From the IMG/VR virus record IMGVR_UViG_2865671049_000004, positions 14,759 through 78,758 of that record: a stretch of DNA of 64,000 nucleotides. One strand, given 5' to 3'. Both the position numbers and the translations under genes were made by a program. Positions 8,118 through 16,248 of this stretch are shown here, in pieces; the first letter of the stretch is position 1, and each line of letters starts with the position of its first letter. The notes under the pieces are model-generated. The model saw only the letters and a list, made by a program, of their open reading frames with translations, was not told where the DNA came from and ran no database searches. Source of the stretch: a virus. Its lineage: Duplodnaviria; Caudoviricetes.

Positions 8118-8414
8118 GTGCCGGAGATGTATGTCGGAGACCCGAAGGACTGGCCGCCGTGCACGCGGTGCGGTCGGGAACTGCTGTACTCCCTGCATGT
8201 GTCGCTGGGCGACGGCGTCCAGTTGGAGCTCTGCCAGTTGTGCGACGTGGAGGTTCCGTATGCCGCGGAGCTGGTGATGATGCTGGCGACCGGTTTGATC
8301 GCTGCGGAGCGGGTGCAGCCGGCGTTGACGGTGTGGATGCACGGGGCGATGGCCGCCCGTGGCTGGTACCACCATCCTCATGGCGAGCGTGTGGACGAGG
8401 GCCCGGTGTCATAG
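8118..8414 (+). CDS. DUF6300-like Zn-binding protein
   Basis: PPCTRCG...LELCQLCD; GAAGGAGG RBS. Confidence 0.6.
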   Translation: MPEMYVGDPKDWPPCTRCGRELLYSLHVSLGDGVQLELCQLCDVEVPYAAELVMMLATGLIAAERVQPALTVWMHGAMAARGWYHHPHGERVDEGPVS

Positions 8415-8582
8415 GCCGGGCAGCGTGTCCTGGTCGATGTCGTGGCGGGCGGTGTGGCCGATGTGGTCTCAGCATTCGGGGCCCAGGCGGAGCAGCCGGG
8501 ATTCCGGGTCGTGGAGTGCCCGTTTGCAGCGGCGGCAGGTGACGCGGACGGTGAGCTGCCCCTGCGCCGGGAATAGATCCAC
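8409..8582 (-). pseudogene. DUF6011-like Zn-finger gene with a premature TGA
   Basis: VTCRRCKRALHDPESRLLRLGPEC-TGA-DHIGHTARHDIDQDTLPGL*; in-frame stop at 8469-8471. Confidence 0.6.
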
Positions 8583-8693
8583 TGGATGACTGCCCATCAA
8601 ACATCGCAATATCGAATAGAATTGGAGGGCAAGCGAGCCCCCGAATGGTCACACATTCGAGGGCTCTGCGATCACCTATATCGGAGGTGTCGC

Positions 8694-9242
8694 ATGAGTG
8701 AGCGTACCTGCTCCATGCGCGGATGTACGAACAAGCACTGCGCTCGCGGTCTGTGCCAGCAGCACTACAGGCAGGCGCGAGCCAAAGGATTCCCTCCTGA
8801 ACAGCTGGCGCTTCCTGCACCCAATGTGCACTCTATAAGCAATCCTGACGTGGAAGCCCGAACCGGGGACTGCTCGACCTGTGGTCCTGGAGTTCGCATC
8901 CGAGTGGGTAACGGCCAGCGAGGCAACGAGTGCATTACCAAGCGGTACCAAGATAACCGTCGCATGAACGGCGTACGGGATCGGACGACCTACCGCAGGA
9001 AATCGCACCTGCGAGCCAAGTACGGGCTAGAACCGCATGAGTACACCGCCATGGTCGAGGAGCAGCGGGGCCTGTGCCTGATCTGCGAGACCCCTCAGGA
9101 AAAGCTTGTCGTGGATCACGACCATCAGACGGGGAAGGTGCGAGGGCTCCTATGCAATTCGTGCAATGCCGCGCTGGGATTCCTTCGCGATAGACCAGAA
9201 GTTGCTTTGGCTGCAGCGCGATACCTTCTGGATCGAAGTTGA
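8694..9242 (+). CDS. Recombination endonuclease VII-family (HNH-like) endonuclease
   Basis: KYGL..YTAMVEEQRGLCLIC...VDHDHQTGKVRGLLCNSCN..LG; lower GC, opposite orientation to neighbours. Confidence 0.85.
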   Translation: MSERTCSMRGCTNKHCARGLCQQHYRQARAKGFPPEQLALPAPNVHSISNPDVEARTGDCSTCGPGVRIRVGNGQRGNECITKRYQDNRRMNGVRDRTTYRRKSHLRAKYGLEPHEYTAMVEEQRGLCLICETPQEKLVVDHDHQTGKVRGLLCNSCNAALGFLRDRPEVALAAARYLLDRS

Positions 9243-9251
9243 CTTGCAGGG

Positions 9252-9497
9252 TCACAGTCTCGGGGCCTTCTCGGTGAGGGCGTAGAAGCGGCGTGCCGGC
9301 CTGCTCGGGTGCGGGCCGGTTTCCTCCGTGACGCTGAGCCAGCCGGCCTCGGAGAGGCGGCGGAGCAGCGGGTACAGGGTGCCGGTGCCGAGGCCGGTGT
9401 CCGTGGCGATCTGCAGGCCGTAGGCCGGCTCGTCCCGCCGGGCAAGGTCGGCGAGGACGATGCGCACCGGGGTGGTGAGCCGCGGGCGGCCCGTCAT
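9252..9497 (-). CDS. PadR-like winged-helix regulator
   Basis: YGLQIATDTGLGTGTLYPLLRRLSEAGWL...RRFYALT. Confidence 0.8.
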   Translation of the reverse strand: MTGRPRLTTPVRIVLADLARRDEPAYGLQIATDTGLGTGTLYPLLRRLSEAGWLSVTEETGPHPSRPARRFYALTEKAPRL

Positions 9498-9694
9498 GAG
9501 GACTGCAGGCGGGCGAGTTCGGCTTCGAGCTGAGCGATACGGCGGGCTGCGTCGGCCGGGGAGAGGACTTCCTGCAGCGGGGTGCCGGGCGGCAGGCAGT
9601 CGGGGTGCCAGAGGCGGCCGTCGGCACCCGCCTTCCAGAGGCGCAGGGGGCGGTCGCAGTTGGCGGCGCAGGTACGGGCGGGAAGGGCGCTCAC
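9494..9694 (-). CDS. Hypothetical protein
   Basis: MSALPARTC...LARLQSS*; coupled. Confidence 0.65.
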   Translation of the reverse strand: MSALPARTCAANCDRPLRLWKAGADGRLWHPDCLPPGTPLQEVLSPADAARRIAQLEAELARLQSS

Positions 9695-10131
9695 TTGGCT
9701 ACCTCCGGGTCGATGATGTCGGCGGTCATGCCGACGCATCGGTTCCAGCGTGATGCGTCGTAGGAGCGGCCGGGGGCGTGCATCTCGCGGCGTTGCTGCT
9801 CGGCCAGTTGGTGGGCGAAGGCGAGTAGCGCGGAGGCGAGCGCGGACTGGTGGTGGTCGGTGAAGTACGCCTGCCAGCCCGGGCCGATCTCCTGCCGCGC
9901 GTGGTCGTAGGTGACCTTGTAGGAGGCCCAGGCTGCTTCGAACGCGCCGGTGTCGTCGGCGCGCATCTCCTGGATTCGTTCGAGGTGCTGGGCTTCGGTG
10001 AGGCGCCGGCATTCTGCGCAGGGGACGCCTGCGGGGTGGCCGATGGAGCGGCAGGGGCGTGTGCCGTCGGGCATCTGCTCGTGCTGGTCCGGGTGGTGGC
10101 CGCAGCCGATGCACATGGTCTCGCTGCTCAC
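9691..10131 (-). CDS. Hypothetical protein (Cys/His-rich N-terminus)
   Basis: 146 aa ORF, coupled. Confidence 0.7.
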   Translation of the reverse strand: MSSETMCIGCGHHPDQHEQMPDGTRPCRSIGHPAGVPCAECRRLTEAQHLERIQEMRADDTGAFEAAWASYKVTYDHARQEIGPGWQAYFTDHHQSALASALLAFAHQLAEQQRREMHAPGRSYDASRWNRCVGMTADIIDPEVAK

Positions 10132-10550
10132 TGCTGCTCCTCGATGGTGGGCCAGTCCCGTTCGGCGCGGGCGAGCGCGTCGTCCGGGATCGGCCCGTAG
10201 GTGACGTCGAGGTGGTCGAGGAGCTCGCCGAGCTTCTCGTTGTCGAGTGTGATGGCCACGAGGTCGACGCGCTTCGGGTCGTTCCGGTCGCTGACCAGTG
10301 CTTTCCCCTCCCCCGGGTATTCGCGGCCAGCGGCGAGGGCATCACGTGCCTTCTGTGCTTCGGCGATGAACTTGTCGAGGGCGTACAGGGCGTTCTGCTG
10401 GGTGCTGGGGTCGCTGTACTCGGTGTCGGCGTCAATACGCCAGCCGTCGCACTGGTTGGGCAGGCTGACCTTCCAGCCGGGCTTGTTGTCTTCGTCGAGC
10501 CAGGGTTCGTCGACGTATTCGACGGTGAAGCCAAAGACAGGCTTGCTCAT
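10128..10550 (-). CDS. Hypothetical protein
   Basis: MSKPVFGF...IEEQQ*; AAGGAGA RBS. Confidence 0.7.
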   Translation of the reverse strand: MSKPVFGFTVEYVDEPWLDEDNKPGWKVSLPNQCDGWRIDADTEYSDPSTQQNALYALDKFIAEAQKARDALAAGREYPGEGKALVSDRNDPKRVDLVAITLDNEKLGELLDHLDVTYGPIPDDALARAERDWPTIEEQQ

Positions 10551-10783
10551 CCGCTGATCTCCTTCTCGCAGGTACCGCAGAGGGGGTGGTCGCCGGGTGT
10601 GGCGCCGTAGTTGCCGCAACGCTGGCACTCGGTGTTGGCGTGGGCACTGTCGACGGCTTTGGCGAGGCGGACGACGGTGGCGGCGAGTTCCTCTTCGTCG
10701 TGCTCGCGGAAGAGGTGGTCTTCGAGGTCGGTGTCGTCGAGGAGCTCGTCGGCGTCGCAGTCGGTGACGGGGCAGGGCTTCAC
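10547..10783 (-). CDS. Small Zn-finger hypothetical protein
   Basis: CPVTDC..HLFREH; CQRC..CGTC. Confidence 0.65.
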   Translation of the reverse strand: MKPCPVTDCDADELLDDTDLEDHLFREHDEEELAATVVRLAKAVDSAHANTECQRCGNYGATPGDHPLCGTCEKEISG

Positions 10784-11145
10784 TGGGTGGCCTCCAGGTC
10801 GATGGTGAGTTGGCCGGCGGCGGCGAGTGCGGCTGCGCGGGTGCGGGCTGCGGTCTCACGGTGGTGCGGACCGTCGTACCGAAGGTGGCAGAGCTGGCAC
10901 GCCGCAAGGAGGTTCTCGGGTCGAACGTCCCGCGGCTCGTGGTTGAGGTGGGCGACGGTGAGGACGACCTTCGATCCCGTGACCGGGTTGGGCTGACCGT
11001 TGCGGGCTTGGCAGCGGCCGTCGTGGTCGAGGCCGCAGTGCCCGGTGCATTCACAGCGGCCTGCGGCGCGGTTGGTGCGGATGTCGAGGCTGATGGCCGG
11101 CCAGTTCTTCGGGTACCGGTCGCGGTTCTCGGGGCGGATGGGCAC
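10780..11145 (-). CDS. HNH endonuclease-like protein
   Basis: YPKNW...RAAGRCEC...VLTVAHLNHEPRDVRPENLLAACQLCHLRYD. Confidence 0.8.
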   Translation of the reverse strand: MPIRPENRDRYPKNWPAISLDIRTNRAAGRCECTGHCGLDHDGRCQARNGQPNPVTGSKVVLTVAHLNHEPRDVRPENLLAACQLCHLRYDGPHHRETAARTRAAALAAAGQLTIDLEATQ

Positions 11146-11159
11146 TGCTGCTCCCTCGG

Positions 11160-11432
11160 TCAGGTGGTGGGCTGGCAGCCGAGCTGGTGACAGTCCTGGT
11201 CGCCGCCGCAGGTGGGGCAGGCGTCGGCAGGTCGGCCGATGATGGCGCGGGCGAGGGTGACGGTTTCGGGGCCGGCGACACGGTGGAGATGGTCGGGGTC
11301 CCAGCCGGTCATCTGGTGCCAGGCGGTGAGCATGTCGGCGATGAGGGGGTTGAGGGAAGCGGGGAGGCTGGTGGGGCGTTCTCCGAGTTCGCGGATCGCC
11401 GCGGCGAGGGCCTCGGCGTCGGTCACGGTCAT
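11160..11432 (-). CDS. Hypothetical protein
   Basis: MTVTDAEAL...CPTCGG..CHQLGC. Confidence 0.65.
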   Translation of the reverse strand: MTVTDAEALAAAIRELGERPTSLPASLNPLIADMLTAWHQMTGWDPDHLHRVAGPETVTLARAIIGRPADACPTCGGDQDCHQLGCQPTT

Positions 11433-12226
11433 CACTCGCCTCCCGCGGACGCCGGCACCAGCACGGGCAGGGCCGGGATGGTGCTGGCCAGCCAGCCGCC
11501 GGGGGCCGTCGTGAAGTGCGGCGCGCCGGCGGTCTCCCACCAGGATCGGATCGCGGTGGTCCGGACGGCCTCACTTGTGCGCTTGTCGACGTACTCGACG
11601 TCCTTCTCCCCCGTTCGGCGGACGGTGACTCGGCCGCGCTTGCAGCCGTCGGGGTAGTCGCTCCAGTTGATGCGGTGGTCGGCCCAGAGGAGTTCCTGCA
11701 TTTGTCCGGTGCTGACGCCGTCGAGCTGGCGGTGGGAGTAGTGGGCCTGCGCGGCCATGGAGATGGAGTTGCGGACGGCGTCGCGCTGGCGCCACAAGAA
11801 GTAGTTGGCGACCTCGACGGGGTCGGCGACGGTGAAGACGCGGGCGTCGAACAGGGCACGGCCGCCCGGCCGGCGGGTGTTGAGTTCGGCGGTGGCGATG
11901 GACGCGGCGATGCTGGTCTGCTTGGCGATGACGCCGCCGAACCACGGCTGGGTGCTGGGGGTGGCGAAGTCGGTGACGAGCACGCTGATCTCGTCGGACT
12001 GGGTGTAGGCGAGGACGGCGCCGGTGATCTCGTTGCAGAGGGCTTCGGCGACGTGGTTCATGTCTGCCATGAAGGCCTCGTCGTAGGGCTTGGTGGCGCC
12101 GCGGAGGTAGGAGTGGAAGGCGCGGCCGTCGACGCGGAGGAGGGTGTAGGTGCGGCGGGGCAGGAGAGCACGGTAGGTGGCTTCGTGGCGCTTCATGCGG
12201 TCGCCGAGGGCGGTCTTGTCGCTCAC
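11432..12226 (-). CDS. tRNA(His) guanylyltransferase Thg1-like protein (3'-5' nucleotidyltransferase)
   Basis: RMKRHE; LRVDGRAFH; YTQSDEISV; WFGG..K..S; FDAR; NYFLWRQRDAVRNS. Confidence 0.9.
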   Translation of the reverse strand: MSDKTALGDRMKRHEATYRALLPRRTYTLLRVDGRAFHSYLRGATKPYDEAFMADMNHVAEALCNEITGAVLAYTQSDEISVLVTDFATPSTQPWFGGVIAKQTSIAASIATAELNTRRPGGRALFDARVFTVADPVEVANYFLWRQRDAVRNSISMAAQAHYSHRQLDGVSTGQMQELLWADHRINWSDYPDGCKRGRVTVRRTGEKDVEYVDKRTSEAVRTTAIRSWWETAGAPHFTTAPGGWLASTIPALPVLVPASAGGE

Positions 12227-12462
12227 TTGGGCTCCTTGCGGGTGCGGGCGTTGAGGATGGCGGTTGCGGCGCGGTTCTGGCCGAAGCGGTACCAGTGCTG
12301 GTCGTCGCCGGCGGAGGTGGCGGGCGGGAGGTTGTGGATGATGGCGGCGGCTTCGGCGAGCACCTGGTCGCGGTAGTTGTCGAGCAGCACCGCAGCCTGC
12401 TCGGGCAGCTTGAAGGAGACGTGGAACGCGCGCTCGATCCGCTCGCGCGGGGACCGCTTCAT
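12223..12462 (-). CDS. Hypothetical protein
   Basis: MKRSPRERIE...TRKEPK*. Confidence 0.65.
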   Translation of the reverse strand: MKRSPRERIERAFHVSFKLPEQAAVLLDNYRDQVLAEAAAIIHNLPPATSAGDDQHWYRFGQNRAATAILNARTRKEPK

Positions 12463-12719
12463 CGGTGCTTCTCCTCGGTGAGCGGGCCGTAGGTGGCTTC
12501 GACGCTGGCGCGGGTGGCGGGCCGCATGTTGCTGGCGAACGGGACGAGGATGGCCTCGCCGTGCCACGTCCAGGGAACGAGTGCCCAGGTCTCGCTGTCT
12601 CGGTCTACGAACCACGGGTAGCGGTGCAGGGTGTCGTCGCACAGCTCGTCTTCGAGGGTCCAGGTGGGATGGAATCCGCCCTCGATCGAGTCGTTCTCGG
12701 GGATTCCGACGAGGGCCAT
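12459..12719 (-). CDS. Hypothetical phage protein (phiSA1p31-like)
   Basis: WFVDRDSETW...VEATYGPL pattern. Confidence 0.55.
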   Translation of the reverse strand: MALVGIPENDSIEGGFHPTWTLEDELCDDTLHRYPWFVDRDSETWALVPWTWHGEAILVPFASNMRPATRASVEATYGPLTEEKHR

Positions 12720-12720
12720 G

Positions 12721-13137
12721 TCAGTACCTCCAGGTGAGGCCGTCAACGTCTTCGCAGTCGTCGCCGTGGTCGGGGTCGAGGATGCAGAACACTTCGCGCC
12801 CGGTGGAGTCGTGGTTCATCTCGTCGCAGAACGGGCCGTCGCCGATCCGGGCGTGGATCTCGGCGTCGCGGGCCAGCTCGTCCTCGAAGGCGGCCAGCTC
12901 GGCGGCCTCTCGGGCTCGTCGGGTCTCCCAGCCCCTCTGAGCTGCGTCTGTCCGGGCCTTGCGTGCTTCGGGGCTGTTGCGGCGGGCGGCGCGGGCTCGC
13001 TGTCCGGCTTCGGCAATCGCAGCCATGGCGTCAGCCATGCGGTGCAGGTTGCCCCAGATGGCGTCGGGCTGGCTGTTCACCGCGACACGGGCTGCCTGCT
13101 CGAAGTCCGCCTTGAGACGCTGGGCGTCGTCGGTCAT
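12721..13137 (-). CDS. Hypothetical protein
   Basis: 138 aa; C-terminal CILDPDHGDDC; AAGGAG RBS. Confidence 0.7.
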   Translation of the reverse strand: MTDDAQRLKADFEQAARVAVNSQPDAIWGNLHRMADAMAAIAEAGQRARAARRNSPEARKARTDAAQRGWETRRAREAAELAAFEDELARDAEIHARIGDGPFCDEMNHDSTGREVFCILDPDHGDDCEDVDGLTWRY

Positions 13138-13146
13138 GGCTGCTCC

Positions 13147-13308
13147 TTACAGGGGTCGGCCGTCGCAGTTGGCATACCCGTCGGCGGTGCGGTGGGGTTC
13201 GATGCAGTCGGCGTGGGCGTCCACCGGTGCGAGCTCCCAGCGGTTGGTGTGGTTGCTCCAGTAGTACTCGCGGCCGTCGGCGGGCGGCAGGGATCCGTCG
13301 TAGGTCAC
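13147..13308 (-). CDS. Small hypothetical protein
   Basis: MTYDGSLP...NCDGRPL*; GTGA coupling. Confidence 0.6.
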   Translation of the reverse strand: MTYDGSLPPADGREYYWSNHTNRWELAPVDAHADCIEPHRTADGYANCDGRPL

Positions 13309-13559
13309 GGCCTGGCCTTCGATCCGGCGCACCACGGTGTCCGCTGTCCGGCCTGGGCGGTGCCGTATCGGGTGTGGTGCGGGATGGTGCCGTTGGCGCG
13401 GAGGTTGCACGACTGTTTGCAGGCGGGGCAGTTGGCGATCTGGCGTCGGGTGGAGGGGGCGTCGATGCGGGCTCGGGCCTCGGGGCTGATCCCGGCGTCG
13501 TCGAGGATCTGGTTGAGGATGGTGTCGTAGTACGCCGGGTCTCCGGGGGCGGTAGTCAC
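13305..13559 (-). CDS. Small Zn-ribbon hypothetical protein
   Basis: NCPAC...IPHH...WCAGS. Confidence 0.65.
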   Translation of the reverse strand: MTTAPGDPAYYDTILNQILDDAGISPEARARIDAPSTRRQIANCPACKQSCNLRANGTIPHHTRYGTAQAGQRTPWCAGSKARP

Positions 13560-14353
13560 GGCTGCTCCTTGGTGAGTGCCCGGTCGGCGATGCGCTGGAC
13601 CTTCGCGGCGAAGTGCTGCTCAGGGTTGTCGGTGAAGCGGTGGAGTGTGACGAGGGCGGTGACGACCAGGTCGCAGAGCTCGTCGGCGACGTCGGTGGCG
13701 GTGTGGGTCTGGCCCTTGCGGGGGTTCTGGCCGAGCTGCCCGATGCGGGCCTGGGCTACTTCGCCGGCTTCCTCGACGAGCTTGAGGACGCGGAGGGTGG
13801 TCTCGTGGTCGCTGGTGCCGTTGGCGCGGTCGAGCCAGTCGACGAGGTTGCGGATGGTGGTGAAGGTGTTGGCCTGCTGGGTCTTGTGCTGCTCGTAGGC
13901 GGCGGGCTCGATGTACGTCCGGCCCCGGTTGTAGTGCGGCACCGGGTCGATGCCGGGCAGCAGGACGCGGCTCTGCGCGTCGACCTCGTTGAGGTTCCGG
14001 TCGTAGTAGGTCGGGTCGGTCTCGTGCTTGGCTCGCCACTCGCGCAGCCCCTCGGCGGTGGCAACGTCCGGTGCGATCTCGCCGCCATACCAGTCGACGC
14101 TGTAGCCGACCTCCTTGAGCTCGGCGGCTGTCAGTTCGCTGACCTCTCGCTCGACGCCAGCGGTGACTTCGTAGGCCTCGGCTTGCGGGATGTGGGTGTA
14201 GGCGTCGTGTAGGGCGTCGAGGTGCTGGACGAAGCCGGCCTGCCAGTCGACGGGCATGGACTGGAGCAAGGTGCGGGGCAGGACCAGGTAGTTGGCGTAG
14301 CTCAGGCCGAAGTGGCCGTGGACCGGGCCGTCGGTGGGGTGGAGCTCGGACAT
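13556..14353 (-). CDS. Fusion of an uncharacterised phage domain with a C-terminal MazG-like nucleotide pyrophosphohydrolase
   Basis: C-term LKLVEEAGEVAQA.IG..GQNPRKG.TH...VADELCD; N-term HGHFGLSYANYLVLPRTLLQSMP..WQ. Confidence 0.8.
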   Translation of the reverse strand: MSELHPTDGPVHGHFGLSYANYLVLPRTLLQSMPVDWQAGFVQHLDALHDAYTHIPQAEAYEVTAGVEREVSELTAAELKEVGYSVDWYGGEIAPDVATAEGLREWRAKHETDPTYYDRNLNEVDAQSRVLLPGIDPVPHYNRGRTYIEPAAYEQHKTQQANTFTTIRNLVDWLDRANGTSDHETTLRVLKLVEEAGEVAQARIGQLGQNPRKGQTHTATDVADELCDLVVTALVTLHRFTDNPEQHFAAKVQRIADRALTKEQP

Positions 14354-14397
14354 GGTGCTGCTCCTCAGGTTCGGTGGTAGGTGACGCGGGGGCCGGC

Positions 14398-14850
14398 TCA
14401 GCGGAACGGGCTGAGGGTGCTGTTCGACAGGGCATAGGCGTGGCCGTACGCGGAGTCGAGGCGGGGGCCGGCAGACCCGTGGTGGAACTCGATCGCCGCG
14501 CACTGCAGCGCCGTCGTCGCCTCAAACAGCCCGAGAGCTTGCAGCTGCAAGTACAGGGCCTGGTCCTCGGGCAGACCGCCAGCAACGACGTGGCAGCGGA
14601 GTTCGCTGTCGAGCCCGTCCAGAGCGTCGCGCCAGGTGGAGAGCATGTCGAGGTGCCCGCGGACGAACTTGTCAACCTCGGCGGCGATGGTGGTGGCCGG
14701 GTTGAGGCTGGTGGCGTAGGCCGCGATCTCGGCGAGGGACTTGCCGTTGAGGTGGTCGAAGCAGTCGGGGATGCCTGCGATTGCAGTCTCGTACTGGCTG
14801 AGGGCGGCGCGTGCGGTGCCGCTCAAGCTCGAAGCGTCAAGTACGTTCAT
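14398..14850 (-). CDS. Hypothetical helical protein, divergent from the Phd-like gene
   Basis: ORF 14398-14886; no RBS, so probably leaderless from the ATG at 14850 or 14856. Confidence 0.6.
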   Translation of the reverse strand: MNVLDASSLSGTARAALSQYETAIAGIPDCFDHLNGKSLAEIAAYATSLNPATTIAAEVDKFVRGHLDMLSTWRDALDGLDSELRCHVVAGGLPEDQALYLQLQALGLFEATTALQCAAIEFHHGSAGPRLDSAYGHAYALSNSTLSPFR

Positions 14851-14871
14851 GTACATCAGTGTACATGAACG
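14844..14871. promoter_or_regulatory. Palindromic operator (12-bp arms with TGTACA-type core)
   Basis: CGTTCATGTACA-tcag-TGTACATGAACG perfect inverted repeat between divergent starts. Confidence 0.8.
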
Positions 14872-14894
14872 GACGTGAGAGTACACTCCTGTTC

Positions 14895-15089
14895 ATGAAT
14901 GAAGTCGCCGTTGAGATGAGCACTGCCGACGTCCGAGCCAAACTCGCCGACGTCGTGAACGCGGCCGCAGCTCACGGCCGCATCACCTACCTCACAAGCC
15001 GAGGCCGACGGATCGCCGCCATGGTTCCCCTGGCCATTGCCGAACAGGCAGAAGCCGAACGGAAGGCCGCCGAACCCGACGGCCCCTAG
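14895..15089 (+). CDS. Phd/YefM-family antitoxin (no adjacent canonical toxin)
   Basis: MSTADVRAKLADVVNAA..GRITYLTSRGRRIAAMVP. Confidence 0.85.
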   Translation: MNEVAVEMSTADVRAKLADVVNAAAAHGRITYLTSRGRRIAAMVPLAIAEQAEAERKAAEPDGP

Positions 15090-15093
15090 CCCG

Positions 15094-15124
15094 AGCCCCC
15101 GCCCAGCAGCGGGGGCTTCTTGCT
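15094..15124 (+). terminator. Intrinsic terminator after the antitoxin
   Basis: agcccccgc-ccagca-gcgggggct followed by tcttgctt. Confidence 0.7.
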
Positions 15125-15187
15125 TCAGCGCGCGGTTCCGACCGACGGGGATCACCATCAAAGGACACCCGCACCCAGGAGGCACCG

Positions 15188-15412
15188 ATGCTCTTGCAAG
15201 GACTCGACGACTGGTGGCCCTGCCCACGCTGCCGCAACAACGACAGAAGCAACGTCAGCTGGGACAAGTTCGACACGCAGTGGGCCTTCCCCGAGCCGCC
15301 CGAGGGGCAGCAGCTGACCTTCCGCAAGCACTACAAGGTCAGCGGCGAGTTCTCCTGCAAGGCCTGCGGGGAGTCCGGGCGGGACGTGCTGATCAAAGGT
15401 GCCTCGCGGTAG
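15188..15412 (+). CDS. Small Zn-ribbon protein
   Basis: WPCPRC...FSCKACG; GGAGG RBS. Confidence 0.7.
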   Translation: MLLQGLDDWWPCPRCRNNDRSNVSWDKFDTQWAFPEPPEGQQLTFRKHYKVSGEFSCKACGESGRDVLIKGASR

Positions 15413-15423
15413 CACCGCGCCTC

Positions 15424-15714
15424 TCAGGCCGCCGCAGCCGGTGCTCCTGCCGTGAGCTCCTGCCCGCCGGCTATCGGCCCGAGGAGCTGAAGCGCTTCGG
15501 CGCCTCGCTCTCCCAGCCTTCCGATGAGGTCTAGCACCTCACCGGCGGTGACGCTGCGTACCGCGAATCCGGCCTGCAGCAGGAGCTGGGCCGGCTGGTT
15601 GAGGTACTGGGCGACGTACAGCTCGGAGCCGTCGGGCAGCCGAATGTGGGCGCTCTCGTGGGACCAGAGGTCGCCGGCGACGCAGTAGCCGCCGAGTCCG
15701 GTGCAGGTGCTCAT
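15424..15714 (-). CDS. Hypothetical protein
   Basis: 96 aa, GGGAGG RBS immediately after two hairpins. Confidence 0.7.
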   Translation of the reverse strand: MSTCTGLGGYCVAGDLWSHESAHIRLPDGSELYVAQYLNQPAQLLLQAGFAVRSVTAGEVLDLIGRLGERGAEALQLLGPIAGGQELTAGAPAAAA

Positions 15715-15729
15715 TGTGTCCTCCCATGC

Positions 15730-15810
15730 GAAAGGCCCCGCCGTGATCGGCGGGGCCTTCGGTGTGCGGGCATGAAGAAAGCCCCGTCGCGGATGCGGCG
15801 GGGCTTGCGG
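15730..15810 (-). terminator. Two tandem terminator-like hairpins between two minus-strand genes
   Basis: Minus strand aagcccgccgcatccgcgacggggctttctt then aaggccccgccgatcacggcggggcctttcgcat. Confidence 0.7.
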
Positions 15811-15822
15811 GTGCGGGGTGGG

Positions 15823-16113
15823 TCAGTGGCGGGCGCGGCGTCGGGCGAGGGCGAGGCGGGCGGCGAGGTGGAGCAGGGGGATGGTCGTGGCGGCGAGGCG
15901 CAGGGCGAGGGCGGCGGCCTGCCGCGGGGTCAGGTCCAGGACGTCGGTGTCGCCGATGAACACGGCGAGGGTGGGCTCGGTGTCGTCCCAGTGTTCGGGG
16001 CGGGCCTTGACCTGGTAGTTCGGGGCGATGGTGACGGTGTGGTCCTTCGCGAAGTGGTGCCAGTGCTGGCCGGTCTGGGTGCAGTGGCCGCCGAGGTGCG
16101 GGCAGTGGGGCAA
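15823..16113 (-). CDS. Hypothetical protein (His/Cys-rich N-terminus)
   Basis: TTG start with GGAGG RBS; MPHCPHLGGHC...RRRARH*. Confidence 0.6.
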   Translation of the reverse strand: MPHCPHLGGHCTQTGQHWHHFAKDHTVTIAPNYQVKARPEHWDDTEPTLAVFIGDTDVLDLTPRQAAALALRLAATTIPLLHLAARLALARRRARH

Positions 16114-16124
16114 GTGGGCCTCCG

Positions 16125-16242
16125 GGAATGCGAAAAGGCCTCGCCCCGGGGTGGGGTGAGGCCTTGGTGGGGGAACGCAAAAAGGCCCCGGCCGGATCGG
16201 GTCCGGGGGGCCTCGGGGTGTTCTGGCGTGGTTTCCGCCAGA
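16125..16242 (-). terminator. Three stacked hairpins (two with T-tails) in the 5' leader
   Basis: Minus strand ctggcg/cgccag hairpin, then ...ggggcctttttgcgttccc and ...gaggccttttcgcattccc. Confidence 0.7.
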
Positions 16243-16248
16243 GCGACG

